Shown here in pieces: positions 29,336-39,886 of a stretch of DNA of 64,000 nt (positions within the stretch are counted from its first letter, which is position 1; each line of letters opens with the position of its first letter). A program made the translations under genes and the position numbers. The DNA is from a virus. Taxonomy: Duplodnaviria; Caudoviricetes. The notes under the pieces are model-generated. The model ran no database searches, had not been told where the DNA came from, and worked only from the letters and a program-made list of their open reading frames with translations. The stretch is from the IMG/VR virus record IMGVR_UViG_3300021426_000002, positions 89,203 to 153,202 of that record. One strand, 5' to 3'.

Positions 29336-29836
29336 TTACATGTCGGCATTTTCGCCAATCATGTTTTGCCATAATACTTTTACCTTTTTAACCGAATCCG
29401 CAACGTAGCCATTACTGTGAAAAACGTTTGTGTATTCGTCAAACAGTTCGTTAAGAAGTTGAAATTTTCTTTCGGATATCTTTTCACTAATAATGGCTTC
29501 ATCGCAAATAGTTATAATGTCGTTTCGAATCTGTTTGAGATTTACTTCTTCTTGTACGTGCAGTTTATCTTGTATATCGTCAAGTCTATGATTAAGATTA
29601 TTCACGCTGTCTGCCAAATCAGAAATTGCCTTAGAAAACTTGTCATTCTGTTCATCCAACTTAGCAACAATATCTTTCTTCTCTTCTTGTGTATCATGGT
29701 ACTTGTCGATCAATTTAATAAACTTCTTTATAAAGTTGCCGACAACTCCGAAAATGCTAGAAGCTACAATAAGCCATGCTATTATAGTCCCTATCTGCAT
29801 TTCAGAAAGAAGTTCCCAAACATCATTTGTATTCAT
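29336..29836 (-). CDS. membrane-anchored coiled-coil protein (lysis-module accessory or holin-like)
   Basis: One N-terminal TM helix followed by a coiled coil; directly downstream of the endolysin. Confidence 0.5.
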   Translation of the reverse strand: MNTNDVWELLSEMQIGTIIAWLIVASSIFGVVGNFIKKFIKLIDKYHDTQEEKKDIVAKLDEQNDKFSKAISDLADSVNNLNHRLDDIQDKLHVQEEVNLKQIRNDIITICDEAIISEKISERKFQLLNELFDEYTNVFHSNGYVADSVKKVKVLWQNMIGENADM

Positions 29837-29867
29837 AGCGTTTGCGTCCTTTGCCCTTTCCCGCTTA

Positions 29868-31442
29868 TTAAAAAGCGATTAAATCCTTCCACATCTTTTG
29901 ATCGCAAACACCGTTACTCTTTCCGTTAGAGCCTAATTCAAAACCTTGTTTTCTACGATCATTCTGATATGCGTTAATAGCATGTACTGTATTTGCACCC
30001 GCTTCTCTATCAAGCGCCAACTCTGAGCCATTGATACCTGTATATCCACGTGCTTTCAAAATCTCTTGTAATAACAGAACGCTTGTTCCTTTTGAGCCAT
30101 TTGAAACGTCTTGCGGAGTAAAACCGTATTTGACCTTCTCGCCCTCTGTAGGCTTCTCTGTTGGCTTTTCTTCTTTGGACTTAAACGGCAAGCGGTAAGC
30201 ATAAATAAATCCCTCTATGTTCTCTCTAAACGGCTGAGAATCATAACCGGAGTAAGCGCCAGTCAAACGAATTCTATCTTGGCTACCAGCGTCATAACGC
30301 TCATAAACACCGTCAGAAACTTTGTTACCCAAAATGAAAACATGACCATTGAAGAAAATCACATCGCCAGCTTGAACATCATTCTTGTTCACAATCTTCT
30401 TAGCACCTTTAGATTCAAGATAAACACCAACTTGTGTTACTGCACGATTACCAACGTCTTTTAACCCACATGCGAAAAGAACCTGGTCAACAAAGCGGTC
30501 ACAAGAAACTTTCTTATCGTCTGAATTTACAGCCGGAAGACAAGCAGCATTGCCGTAAACAAAATTATTCTTTCTGTTCTGTTGTGCGATTTCCTTTGCT
30601 GTCAACAAGAATGTATCAACTGTACAATCAAGTTTTGAATTCTTGGCTGCCTTAACATATTCAGCAAGCGCCTTTTGTGTGTCTGCGCCGTATTCACCGT
30701 CAATGTCGATTCCGGCAGAACTTTGAAGCAACTTCACATACTTCTCTGTTGTAGCGCCAAAACTGCCATCGCAAAAACCGTTATTGCCGTAATAACCGCA
30801 ATCACAGAATCCGGCAAGTTGAAGGTCTTTCTGCAACTGCTTTACCTTATCGCCAGTATCGCCCTTTTTGAGTGTGTATCCCTCTGATGCAAATCTCGGT
30901 CTGCCGAATCCGGCAACACGATTAGGCGCACCAACATTGGCATAAGAATATTCATGGATTGCGACACAACCACCGTTAGTTGTAAAGCCATCGTTATTGG
31001 TATTGCCCTCAACAGTCTTAAAAGTTTTGTTCTTTGTGTTTACTGAAATAACTGCGCCAGTATGACAAATGCGCCCCATTGAAGTAGAATAGAAGTAGAC
31101 CACATCGCCGTACTGCGGAACAGTATGCCATCTTCCAGCTTTCTTAAAGAAACTTGATCCTTCCGGTGTATAACCAGTCATGTACTTGTTTCCTGTTGTA
31201 TCACACATAACATACTGCGCATCTTTAATATTTCCGCATACTTCAACGCATACGCCATTTACGCTATATTGACACCACTGATCGCCATTACCCGCATTGC
31301 AAAGCGGTTGAAACTTCTGAAAGTTACCACTGCCAGCATCAGCGGTAAAACTCTCCATGTTAGCACTTGCATGATTTTTCTCACGATAACCAACATAACT
31401 AACAAATTTGTCTATGTACTGTTTAGCTGTACAAATTGACAT
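29868..31442 (-). CDS. endolysin: CHAP domain, PG-binding domain, second Cys/His peptidase-like domain, C-terminal PG-binding domain
   Basis: QWCQ...HTG...TVEGNT (CHAP); LKKGDTGDKVKQLQ..L...DG.FG; SCDRFV...GDVIF..GHV. Start ATG 31442 behind GGAGG. Confidence 0.85.
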   Translation of the reverse strand: MSICTAKQYIDKFVSYVGYREKNHASANMESFTADAGSGNFQKFQPLCNAGNGDQWCQYSVNGVCVEVCGNIKDAQYVMCDTTGNKYMTGYTPEGSSFFKKAGRWHTVPQYGDVVYFYSTSMGRICHTGAVISVNTKNKTFKTVEGNTNNDGFTTNGGCVAIHEYSYANVGAPNRVAGFGRPRFASEGYTLKKGDTGDKVKQLQKDLQLAGFCDCGYYGNNGFCDGSFGATTEKYVKLLQSSAGIDIDGEYGADTQKALAEYVKAAKNSKLDCTVDTFLLTAKEIAQQNRKNNFVYGNAACLPAVNSDDKKVSCDRFVDQVLFACGLKDVGNRAVTQVGVYLESKGAKKIVNKNDVQAGDVIFFNGHVFILGNKVSDGVYERYDAGSQDRIRLTGAYSGYDSQPFRENIEGFIYAYRLPFKSKEEKPTEKPTEGEKVKYGFTPQDVSNGSKGTSVLLLQEILKARGYTGINGSELALDREAGANTVHAINAYQNDRRKQGFELGSNGKSNGVCDQKMWKDLIAF

Positions 31443-31483
31443 AATCAATAAACCTCCCAATATATACCTTTTCGATTTTAGTA

Positions 31484-32479
31484 TTAAATCGAAATTAAAT
31501 CTTTCCACATCTTCTGTCCGCACGTTCCGTCATTCTTTCCGTCAGAACCAAGTTCAACACCCTGTCTTCTCCGTTCGCTTTGATAAGAATTAATTGCGTA
31601 AATTGTATTCGCACCCGCTTCTCTATCTAATTCAAGCGGTTTCCCATTTGCGCCTTTGAATCCACGTGCTTTCAAAATTTCCTGTAAAAGCAGAACGACA
31701 TTACCAGTAGAACCAAGTGCAACATCTTCTGTTGTATACTTGTATGTTTTCTCTGTGGTTTCTTTCTTTTCTTCAACTTTTTGCTCTGCCGATTTTACGG
31801 TTTCTTCAACATTCTTTCCGTCCGATTTTGCGGTTTCTTCAACATTTTCGCCATCTTCGGTAATGTACTTGCGCACAAAATCAAGACAGTAAGTGTGTCT
31901 ATCTTTGTAGTAAATTCGATCACCAACTTGATTACTTGATGATGTATCCGCTTGATCCATTTTCAATGCTCTGTCAACTTCATCTACTGTCTCAGCTTTA
32001 ATCCGGTTAAAGATTCTCTTTGTCGGATTAAGACCACCCAAATGCTGAATCTCTACCCAAAGCGCTTGGCACTTCTGCGTCTTCAATCCAAACTCTTCCG
32101 CACGTTTCAGATATGCGGGTAATTCAATATCGCAAAAATATTTCTTCTGAGTTGCGATACCTTCCGGAGTTGAAATCAAAGCAATGATCTGTTTCTTCTG
32201 TGCGGCTGTCGGATTAAAATATGTGCTGTACCAATCTTTCGAAAGAGTGGCAGCAATACCGCAAGTGTCATATTTCTTGAATACTTCCGGATAATCCTCT
32301 TTAATAAGTTTCAGTAAATCTCTAGCTTCGTTTGAGCCACCGCCAAACTGATAAGCGCCGATTGTAATTGTATGTTCTTTCGCTGAAATTGTTTGCGGGT
32401 CTGAATACGCATTCCATCTGGAATTAGACTCAACACGTGCAATCATCTCAGCGACCAACTCTCTATTCTTACTATTCAT
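31484..32479 (-). CDS. lysozyme-like muramidase with C-terminal PG-binding domain
   Basis: VES...ITIGAYQF lysozyme-like motif; C-terminal domain is paralogous to that of the neighbouring endolysin. Confidence 0.7.
   Translation of the reverse strand: MNSKNRELVAEMIARVESNSRWNAYSDPQTISAKEHTITIGAYQFGGGSNEARDLLKLIKEDYPEVFKKYDTCGIAATLSKDWYSTYFNPTAAQKKQIIALISTPEGIATQKKYFCDIELPAYLKRAEEFGLKTQKCQALWVEIQHLGGLNPTKRIFNRIKAETVDEVDRALKMDQADTSSSNQVGDRIYYKDRHTYCLDFVRKYITEDGENVEETAKSDGKNVEETVKSAEQKVEEKKETTEKTYKYTTEDVALGSTGNVVLLLQEILKARGFKGANGKPLELDREAGANTIYAINSYQSERRRQGVELGSDGKNDGTCGQKMWKDLISI
31789..31854. repeat. 33-bp tandem repeat (2 copies) in the lysin linker
   Basis: CCGATTTTRCGGTTTCTTCAACATT at 31789 and 31822, encoding DG(E/K)NVEET(A/V)KS. 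Confidence 0.8.
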
Positions 32480-32500
32480 TTAATTTTCTCCATATAAATA

Positions 32501-32525
32501 GGAGTGTGCCGGTTTGACACACTCC
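32501..32525 (-). terminator. hairpin between holin and lysin genes
   Basis: GGAGTGTG...CACACTCC stem. Confidence 0.5.
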
Positions 32526-32543
32526 GTTTTCGGAATCACTTTA

Positions 32544-32948
32544 TTATGATAACTTCTCTTGTCTTACATAAGATTCAATTGCATCTTCAAGGTACTTGTC
32601 GAAATCGCCGTATGCCATTTCAATAAACTGCTTTGAATCTGCCGTGATTAAATCTTTCGCTTTTTGAATTGCCATCTTCTTCGCAACAGAAGCGGACTCT
32701 TCATCAAATGTGCCAGCAAATTTAAGCGAATCAACGTAAGTCTGATTTACCGATGTAACCGCAATGCTGATCGCATCAACAATTACATCAATATATCTTT
32801 TCGCTTTTTCGTTCTCGATATTTGCCGTAAGTTCATCAATTTTTGCATTAAACAGTTTAATGATATACGGAACAATAATCGGAAGAATACCTGTAATAAT
32901 GATATAAATAATGCTCTTTAAAATATCATTCAAGTTAGACATAATCAT
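32544..32948 (-). CDS. phage holin (LL-H-like)
   Basis: One N-terminal TM helix, AV..VNQTYVD.LK and IES.V motifs; upstream of the lysins. Confidence 0.7.
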   Translation of the reverse strand: MIMSNLNDILKSIIYIIITGILPIIVPYIIKLFNAKIDELTANIENEKAKRYIDVIVDAISIAVTSVNQTYVDSLKFAGTFDEESASVAKKMAIQKAKDLITADSKQFIEMAYGDFDKYLEDAIESYVRQEKLS

Positions 32949-33163
32949 TCTCCTTTGTCTTCGTTGTCTTGTAATGATTTGTTATAAGCTGCAAGTTCTC
33001 TTTGATACTGTCTTTCTGTCTCAATGGCCATTCGCTCATATGCATCTTTCAAAATTGATTCAATCATATAAGGTTCAAGACCGCTCTCATTAATTAATGT
33101 GTTCAGTTTTAAAATAAAGTTTTTCCGCAAAACTGAAAGCGGTATCATAACTCTCTTTTCCAT
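32945..33163 (-). CDS. hypothetical protein
   Basis: Small helical ORF with RBS after the tail fibre gene. Confidence 0.5.
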   Translation of the reverse strand: MEKRVMIPLSVLRKNFILKLNTLINESGLEPYMIESILKDAYERMAIETERQYQRELAAYNKSLQDNEDKGE

Positions 33164-33175
33164 CTTTCCTCTTTT

Positions 33176-35278
33176 TTAAGTGTATTCAACTGCCGTATTA
33201 TCATATACAAAAAATGTAGCATTAAACGGAAACCATACTGTGTTAGCAGCAATCGCTTCAAAATCTGTTTTCCCATAACGTGACAATTTCATTTGACCAT
33301 TAGTGTTAATATGCAAAACCCATGAATACATATTTGAAGCCTTACACGTAATAAACACTTCATTTGTTGGTCTGTATCCTGTTGGCAATGTAAAGAACGT
33401 TTTTCCGTTTTTAGCATCATTTAATGATATTGCCGTAGTGACATTAATATTACCCATAACATGAACAATATTACCAACTCTGCCAAAACGCATAGGTATA
33501 TTATTATCATTTAATGCAAAACCGCTTGCGAGTTTTGAACTACCAACGTAATACGATCCATAGTTAATCATATCCGCAATCGGATGTTCTGTATTATTAA
33601 TAACACGTACCAGTGATTCATCAAATTTTGTTTGCCCTTTGAAACTCGTTTGGTCATTAAACGTAACTTGATCTGAAAATTCCGCAGTATCAAAGAACTT
33701 AGATGGAAGAGCAATTTCTACCGAATCAGTCTCAACCATCTTGCCAATACCTAAACCAGTACCGCCAGCCTTGAAGTCAATTAATACATCTACAACACTA
33801 ATATATGTTTGTGCCGTTACTACATTTTCAGCGCTATCATACACATATGCTTGTATTTCATATGAGTGGTTTTCTAAAAATACATCACCATCAACCGGTT
33901 CAATGCTAAATTCTTCAACAAGTAATCTAGTCGCTACCGGATGTGCGTCTGTGCTGTGTATATATCCAGCAGATTTCCAAACATCGCTGCCAACTTCCCT
34001 ATAATTAACGATTCCATGAATAGAATTATTATGATGAACCGAACTGCAATAAGCTAATAACCATATATCAACTACATTTGCATTTGTGCCATTTCTACTT
34101 GCTTTAAAGGATTGAATTATCGGCGGTGAATACGCCCATAACGATTCCGCATACATATAAGGTATTTGTGTTAATCTTCCTCTGCTATCTTTTACATTGA
34201 CACTAAATAATACATCTGAATCATTAACTTCTCTTGTAAGACCGAATTTGTAAAATCCTGTGCTTACGGTGCAAGAATAAGTACCATCTCCATTATCTGT
34301 AATACTTGTAGTTGAAAATTCCTTATCGCCTTGTTTAGTTGTGCCACCTTCATAAAACCCATAACTAACATGCGCTGATTGAATAGTTGAACCATGAATC
34401 CCGCTTGCTGTAATAGAGAATGTATAATTAACATATCCATCTGCCGGAACATGATTTACTACAGAACTAACATTACACGAATCAATAGTCGGATAAAGGT
34501 TTGCTGGTATTGTTATAGTGAAATCTGCTAAATCTGCAAAACCAATTTGCTTTGTATATCCACTGTCGGAAAAGGTGTATAAATAAACAAGCATTTTGGC
34601 AGACTCAGCATTAATTATTTCGTCAATTAATTCTGTTGGGACAGTAAAACCACTATAAGTAAAAGATGCGCTTACACCGGAACTTGGAGCGGTATTAGGA
34701 AAAATAGGGTTACTAGAAGTTCCAACTATATAAGTATGTTGACCGAAAACAAATTTTAATCTGTAATAGAATGACTTTGAATACGGTGTCCATGTTACAC
34801 TTACATTATTTCCAATAACCGTATTAGTTACACTGCTTATTGTTGACGCTCTTTTAATAGTTGGTAATGTTAGTGTTTTGCTTACATTTAACGAATAATA
34901 ATAAATTGACGTTCCACCAAAACCACCAGTTACTTTAATCGTTATGGATTTAGTTCCGTCTGCATTATGTGGAATTGTAAATGTATGCCTTGCTACACAT
35001 TTTTCCGTATTATTTGGCAGTAAAGTCATGCTCTGATTATAGTATTGATCTATCTGCGAATCAGATACAGTCTTACCGCCACATTGAATTGTAAACTTGC
35101 AATCATTAGAAGTCGTTGCAAGATTTTGAATATTTGGGTCTTTTTTGAGCCAATAACTAACAATTACTGTGCTATAATTTAATGTCGAACCTTCGGTTGT
35201 AACAGCCCAATTTAATCTCTGCTTTATAGCAGCATTAGGAGTTTGTTTCCAACCGCTATTTCCTACTAAATCAGCCAT
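33176..35278 (-). CDS. tail fibre / receptor-binding protein (DUF859-like)
   Basis: IPHNADGTKSI...LPTI.RAS N-terminus, DFKAGG.G.GIGK, and C-terminal GNIV...FTLPTGYRP head domain. Confidence 0.75.
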   Translation of the reverse strand: MADLVGNSGWKQTPNAAIKQRLNWAVTTEGSTLNYSTVIVSYWLKKDPNIQNLATTSNDCKFTIQCGGKTVSDSQIDQYYNQSMTLLPNNTEKCVARHTFTIPHNADGTKSITIKVTGGFGGTSIYYYSLNVSKTLTLPTIKRASTISSVTNTVIGNNVSVTWTPYSKSFYYRLKFVFGQHTYIVGTSSNPIFPNTAPSSGVSASFTYSGFTVPTELIDEIINAESAKMLVYLYTFSDSGYTKQIGFADLADFTITIPANLYPTIDSCNVSSVVNHVPADGYVNYTFSITASGIHGSTIQSAHVSYGFYEGGTTKQGDKEFSTTSITDNGDGTYSCTVSTGFYKFGLTREVNDSDVLFSVNVKDSRGRLTQIPYMYAESLWAYSPPIIQSFKASRNGTNANVVDIWLLAYCSSVHHNNSIHGIVNYREVGSDVWKSAGYIHSTDAHPVATRLLVEEFSIEPVDGDVFLENHSYEIQAYVYDSAENVVTAQTYISVVDVLIDFKAGGTGLGIGKMVETDSVEIALPSKFFDTAEFSDQVTFNDQTSFKGQTKFDESLVRVINNTEHPIADMINYGSYYVGSSKLASGFALNDNNIPMRFGRVGNIVHVMGNINVTTAISLNDAKNGKTFFTLPTGYRPTNEVFITCKASNMYSWVLHINTNGQMKLSRYGKTDFEAIAANTVWFPFNATFFVYDNTAVEYT

Positions 35279-35291
35279 TATTAACTTCCTC

Positions 35292-38200
35292 TCATGTTCT
35301 CATTTCCTCTGTTGCATCAGCAATCGCAATCATTTCTTCTAACGTTAAATCACCAGAAAATTCATTATCTGATGATGTGCTTACACTTGATCCGCTTGTT
35401 GCCAAACTTATAGTGTAATCGTCTGCCCATATAATCGAGATACTATCATCCGGCTTCGGGTAAATAAAGAATTTACCAATACGCAATGTTGTTTCGATTG
35501 TAGCGTTCTGAATATATAATTGATGATTTCCAACATAAGCAGCAGCAACGTTACCATCCATAAACTTGACAGATTCATTATCAATTATTGTTCTGAATGG
35601 ACTAACTGAATCGTCTTCCGGATTGTAACCAGCAACAACTAAACCTTTGTCTGATGTGTAAATATATTGCTTTAGATAATCCTTGTAATCCTTTAAGGCT
35701 GCTTCTAGTTCTTTTTTCAATTCATTAGCATGTGCAATCGCTCTACCACTAATATCTTCTGCGCTATCAGAAATTTTCTGATTAACATATGAATATATAG
35801 CTTCGTTATCAAACAGATTATTAATTGTTTCTATATCATCGTCAGAATTATAAATGCGAATATTGCCATTTAAAACAAGTTCTCCATCAGAATTGATATA
35901 CATAATCTGTTCAAGAACTTCTTCCGGTTCACCGTCTTCATCTTCACCCATATATGTACGGCTAATTGAAAACGACAACGGCAATGAACCTTCTTCGGTC
36001 ATATCGCTATTAATTGAAATACCTTCATCATCAATAACAATATTTCCTGTTTGGTTATAAATTCCTACCTCTTGTGAAAGAATCAAATTGCCGACAAGCG
36101 TTTCAGCAATGACTCCGTATGCTTCTTCTTCCTGTCCTGTCTTCGGATTGTAAAACGTAAAGTTGCCAACTCCGGCTTTTGACGTTCTCCAATTATCGTC
36201 TGTTACATACAGACCTTTGTTTATGATCTTAATTTGTTTTTCGCTGTAGGCATCTGAAACAGGTAAATACTCACGACACAAAATACCATGCGAATCCCAT
36301 GTGATATTTTGATTGTCGGCAGCACTCACAATTTTCATATTTGTAAGCGCCAATCCGTCAGTTACCCAATCATTCAGACGATCATTACTTTTCTTACCCT
36401 TATTGGCTTGTCTTGTAACAGCGCCATAAGATGAAGCCATAGACTTAGCCTGTGACATGATGCTTTCGCTGTCTGAAACTCCGTCACGATATTTCTTTAC
36501 ATCAGAAAAAGTAATTCGCAAATTATCAAGATTGTTAAAATCAATCTCATAAGACAGTAATCGCAATCGGTAAATCTCTCCGTCAACTTTAATACGTATC
36601 CAATTACCAACTTTGAAATTATCTAACAATGGTGCAAACTCTTCCATTGTCAGAAGATTGTTCAATGTTGCAGAAATTGAATGTTGTAATGTGGCAGACT
36701 TATAGATTTCCTTGTTAGCTTCTGCCAAAAACTCATTTGCCATTTCGAACAATTCATCATTACTTAAACCGTCAGAAATATAATTCTCATTTCTGTATGT
36801 ATCTTCTCGCCGGAATGAAGCAAACTCTGTCCATAATTCTTCACCGATATAGTCTTTGAAATTCAGCGCATTATGAATTAACTCTCGCTCTTTATCAAGT
36901 AGAGTTTGTATACCATCTACAACAAGACTTCCGTCAACTCCCCACGTACCAGCGATAAGCGCTATTTCAGACTCACGGAGCGTTATCTCTGCTTGAATCG
37001 CATTTAGCTTTTCATAATACGGAGCATAAATTTCATCATACAAATTAGGAGTTTTCTGCGACCAAATAGAATCATCAGCAATGTTTTGTTCAATCAGCAA
37101 ATCAATGCAAGCCTGACATGCGGAATAAAAAGCATTAAGTCTAGCTAAACTCCACTTCGGCAATTCAGTTTCTAACTGTGCCTGTGTAGATTCCAGCAAA
37201 CTTAAAATGTCTGTGCCATCGGTATCTGAACTAGCCTTTAATGATTTATCAATTTTCTGTTTAATGAAAGTTTCGTAATCATCGCTAATAGTTATTGAAG
37301 TAGTATTACTTATAGAAGTATCTTCTTCATCAGACAAATTTGTAACTTTAAAATTACCTGTCCAAACGCCATTTCCGTATGACGCAGAATTGACCTTTAC
37401 TTGATACCTGTTATCAACTATGACTTTTGCCATTGCCAACACAGAATTATTTACAGTGCTTGCAGACGCAGTAGTAAGATTCTGAACGGCAACAGGAGAT
37501 AAGTTTGTTGCGGTCAGCAAAGCTGCCTGTTCCGCAGCCGTTGTATCTGCATGTGTAATGTCTGGCATGAGAGAACTACTGAGAAGCAAATACAAATCAA
37601 TCGTGTCATAATAAACACTAATCAGACTTTCGTAACCTACTAATTCACTAGGAATTGTATTTAAAGAAGAATCGTATGTCTGATATTTCTGAACCAATGT
37701 ATTGTAAGCGGTTATCATGTCACTGGGAATATTCAACACATATTCACTATTATAATATTCATATTGCGCATCATAGCTATCAAGCCTTGCCACAAGTTCA
37801 CTTGACATATCCGCACGCATTTCATCTGTTAAAAACCAGATATAAGCACTTCCGTTAGGATTTGCGCTAATGACTGTAGCGGTCATTAAATCATCGCCAG
37901 CTTCAAGTTTGAAACAATTCTTTACAGAATCAACATCTGTTTCATATTCAATTTCTTCTGCCAAATTGTTTACTGATACAAAAATGCTTGTATCATCACC
38001 GTAACCGTGACGAACATTTGAACTTCCGCATTTCGGGCAAGTAAGTGTAAATGTGCCACGATTGCCACATTCATAACAATACGCTTCTAAATCATAAACA
38101 TTGATTTCTCGCTTTGGTTTTCCGGTTTCATCTGAACCAGAATCAAAGACGAAAATACAATCACATTCTTGGCTGATTTCTTGAAACGCATCATAGATAG

Positions 38201-38726
38201 AAGTGTTATCAAAATCGAATACTCTGAACATTCCGGCAATTCGGCTGTCTACATAACCAATAGAGTAATGCGGTGCTTTATCCAAAAGACGATCTAACAT
38301 TGATCCAGACGGATTATTTTCATCATAAATAACTGTCGTTTCATAATCCGTTCTTGAAATATCATCTTCTGTATTTATCTGAACGTCATACAACATAATC
38401 TGAGACAATTCACTTTCGCATAAACTCCGGCAAAGCAGATTCTTTTCCAGCGCATTTGTCTCTGATACTGTAATCTTTGCTTCTAGCCATTCATCCCATG
38501 TGGGAACATATATACAACGAAAGTCTTTTAGTTCGTCCCAATATTTATATTCAACGTCATTATCGTATTTACTAACAGAACACGTTAATTCTGTATAAGC
38601 GTTAAATTCATCAGAGACAGCGATATTCGTTGCCGGAATAGCACCGATCTTTGTTCCGTTTCTTTTACTCAACACCAGTGTTGGCGGGATAACATTATGC
38701 GATGAATCAAATTGTAGTTTTATCAC
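35292..38726 (-). CDS. large baseplate hub / tail spike (Tal-like) protein
   Basis: Follows Dit; FKVGNWIRI..D...RL..YEIDF OB-like motif; internal CxxC...CxxC. Confidence 0.7.
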   Translation of the reverse strand: MIKLQFDSSHNVIPPTLVLSKRNGTKIGAIPATNIAVSDEFNAYTELTCSVSKYDNDVEYKYWDELKDFRCIYVPTWDEWLEAKITVSETNALEKNLLCRSLCESELSQIMLYDVQINTEDDISRTDYETTVIYDENNPSGSMLDRLLDKAPHYSIGYVDSRIAGMFRVFDFDNTSIYDAFQEISQECDCIFVFDSGSDETGKPKREINVYDLEAYCYECGNRGTFTLTCPKCGSSNVRHGYGDDTSIFVSVNNLAEEIEYETDVDSVKNCFKLEAGDDLMTATVISANPNGSAYIWFLTDEMRADMSSELVARLDSYDAQYEYYNSEYVLNIPSDMITAYNTLVQKYQTYDSSLNTIPSELVGYESLISVYYDTIDLYLLLSSSLMPDITHADTTAAEQAALLTATNLSPVAVQNLTTASASTVNNSVLAMAKVIVDNRYQVKVNSASYGNGVWTGNFKVTNLSDEEDTSISNTTSITISDDYETFIKQKIDKSLKASSDTDGTDILSLLESTQAQLETELPKWSLARLNAFYSACQACIDLLIEQNIADDSIWSQKTPNLYDEIYAPYYEKLNAIQAEITLRESEIALIAGTWGVDGSLVVDGIQTLLDKERELIHNALNFKDYIGEELWTEFASFRREDTYRNENYISDGLSNDELFEMANEFLAEANKEIYKSATLQHSISATLNNLLTMEEFAPLLDNFKVGNWIRIKVDGEIYRLRLLSYEIDFNNLDNLRITFSDVKKYRDGVSDSESIMSQAKSMASSYGAVTRQANKGKKSNDRLNDWVTDGLALTNMKIVSAADNQNITWDSHGILCREYLPVSDAYSEKQIKIINKGLYVTDDNWRTSKAGVGNFTFYNPKTGQEEEAYGVIAETLVGNLILSQEVGIYNQTGNIVIDDEGISINSDMTEEGSLPLSFSISRTYMGEDEDGEPEEVLEQIMYINSDGELVLNGNIRIYNSDDDIETINNLFDNEAIYSYVNQKISDSAEDISGRAIAHANELKKELEAALKDYKDYLKQYIYTSDKGLVVAGYNPEDDSVSPFRTIIDNESVKFMDGNVAAAYVGNHQLYIQNATIETTLRIGKFFIYPKPDDSISIIWADDYTISLATSGSSVSTSSDNEFSGDLTLEEMIAIADATEEMRT

Positions 38727-38740
38727 AAGACATTACCTCC

Positions 38741-39556
38741 TTACCACGGCGCATTTTTAACAATCGGTGCATATGATATTTCCAGTGTGCATTGTTTCGT
38801 CACCGTGATTTTATTTGTCCGATTGTCATACGTATTTCCAATCTTCATGAATATATAATTAAAATCGTTTGCTATATCGTGGCTATTCAAATTGCTCTCA
38901 ATGATTTGAGATGATCCGTGAATTGTAATCTCTTCACCTTCCGTACAATTCCTAATAAACGTTGTACTACCTGTCAAATCATTATGAATACTTAAATCTC
39001 CATCTTCACCAGCAACAATCTTTACATCCGGATAAAGTTCACCGATTTCATCTGATAAGTCATACACTATATAACTTTTCGTTGTATCAGTTATTGTCCA
39101 TTTGTTTGTGATTGTTTCTCCATAGCCAAACGGTTTGTTCGTTTCCATAGTTAAATGCAAACCACAAAGTTTCTCTGCTACCTTAATTTTCTCAACATTA
39201 AAACTTGCGTCAAAATAACAAGTGTCTGATTCAGTTTCCTTGTCGTTGATTGGATGAAACTTTAGAAATTTGCGCCTGTTCAGCCAGCGCATCAAATCTA
39301 AGAATTCACCATTCGTTATTTCAAGATCGTCATAAATATCCGGATTTTTGCAAATATCAAATTCGGCGGTAATACATGAATCATAACTTGTAGCTGTCAA
39401 TCCGTAGTGTTTCCCGCTATTACGTGACACTGTATTAAATGTTAATGTCGAACCGGCATCTTCTGTGACTGAACCACCACTATAATCAAATGAGCAAACA
39501 ATAAATCCATAGTCGGATAGATACTGTCCGTCATACTCAAAATCTATTGAATACAT
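38741..39556 (-). CDS. distal tail protein (Dit-like)
   Basis: DFEYDG..LSDYG N-terminus and T..PFGY motif; lies between TMP and Tal. Confidence 0.7.
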   Translation of the reverse strand: MYSIDFEYDGQYLSDYGFIVCSFDYSGGSVTEDAGSTLTFNTVSRNSGKHYGLTATSYDSCITAEFDICKNPDIYDDLEITNGEFLDLMRWLNRRKFLKFHPINDKETESDTCYFDASFNVEKIKVAEKLCGLHLTMETNKPFGYGETITNKWTITDTTKSYIVYDLSDEIGELYPDVKIVAGEDGDLSIHNDLTGSTTFIRNCTEGEEITIHGSSQIIESNLNSHDIANDFNYIFMKIGNTYDNRTNKITVTKQCTLEISYAPIVKNAPW

Positions 39557-39569
39557 GTGATTACCTCGT

Positions 39570-39836
39570 TCATGTCAATGCTTCTTTTGCGTCTTTCAAA
39601 AGGGAATTCATTTCCTGCTGATATTCTGCTTTTATATCTAGCATAGATAATCTAGCCTTTTCAAATGCAGCTTTTGATTCCCTCATTTCTTTATTCAGTT
39701 TTTCATATTCATCTGCAAGCTGAGAATAGAAAGCGATAACTTCAATCATTTCATTTTCTTTCGCTTTGTAAGCTGCATTTTCACGCTCTAGCTTTTCTGT
39801 GTATTCTCTCAACCTGTCGTAATCGCTTTTCCCCAT
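39570..39836 (-). CDS. coiled-coil hypothetical protein
   Basis: Helical heptad ORF downstream of a hairpin at 39856-39883. Confidence 0.45.
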   Translation of the reverse strand: MGKSDYDRLREYTEKLERENAAYKAKENEMIEVIAFYSQLADEYEKLNKEMRESKAAFEKARLSMLDIKAEYQQEMNSLLKDAKEALT

Positions 39837-39886
39837 CTTTTCTTCACCATCAAACAGAGGGACAGTCGAAACCATCCCTCTGCGTA

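Noticed and set aside
29868-31740. Diversity-generating retroelement template/variable repeat pair
   Set aside because: Differences between the duplicated lysin domains are not adenine-specific, both copies are coding, and there is no reverse transcriptase in the window.
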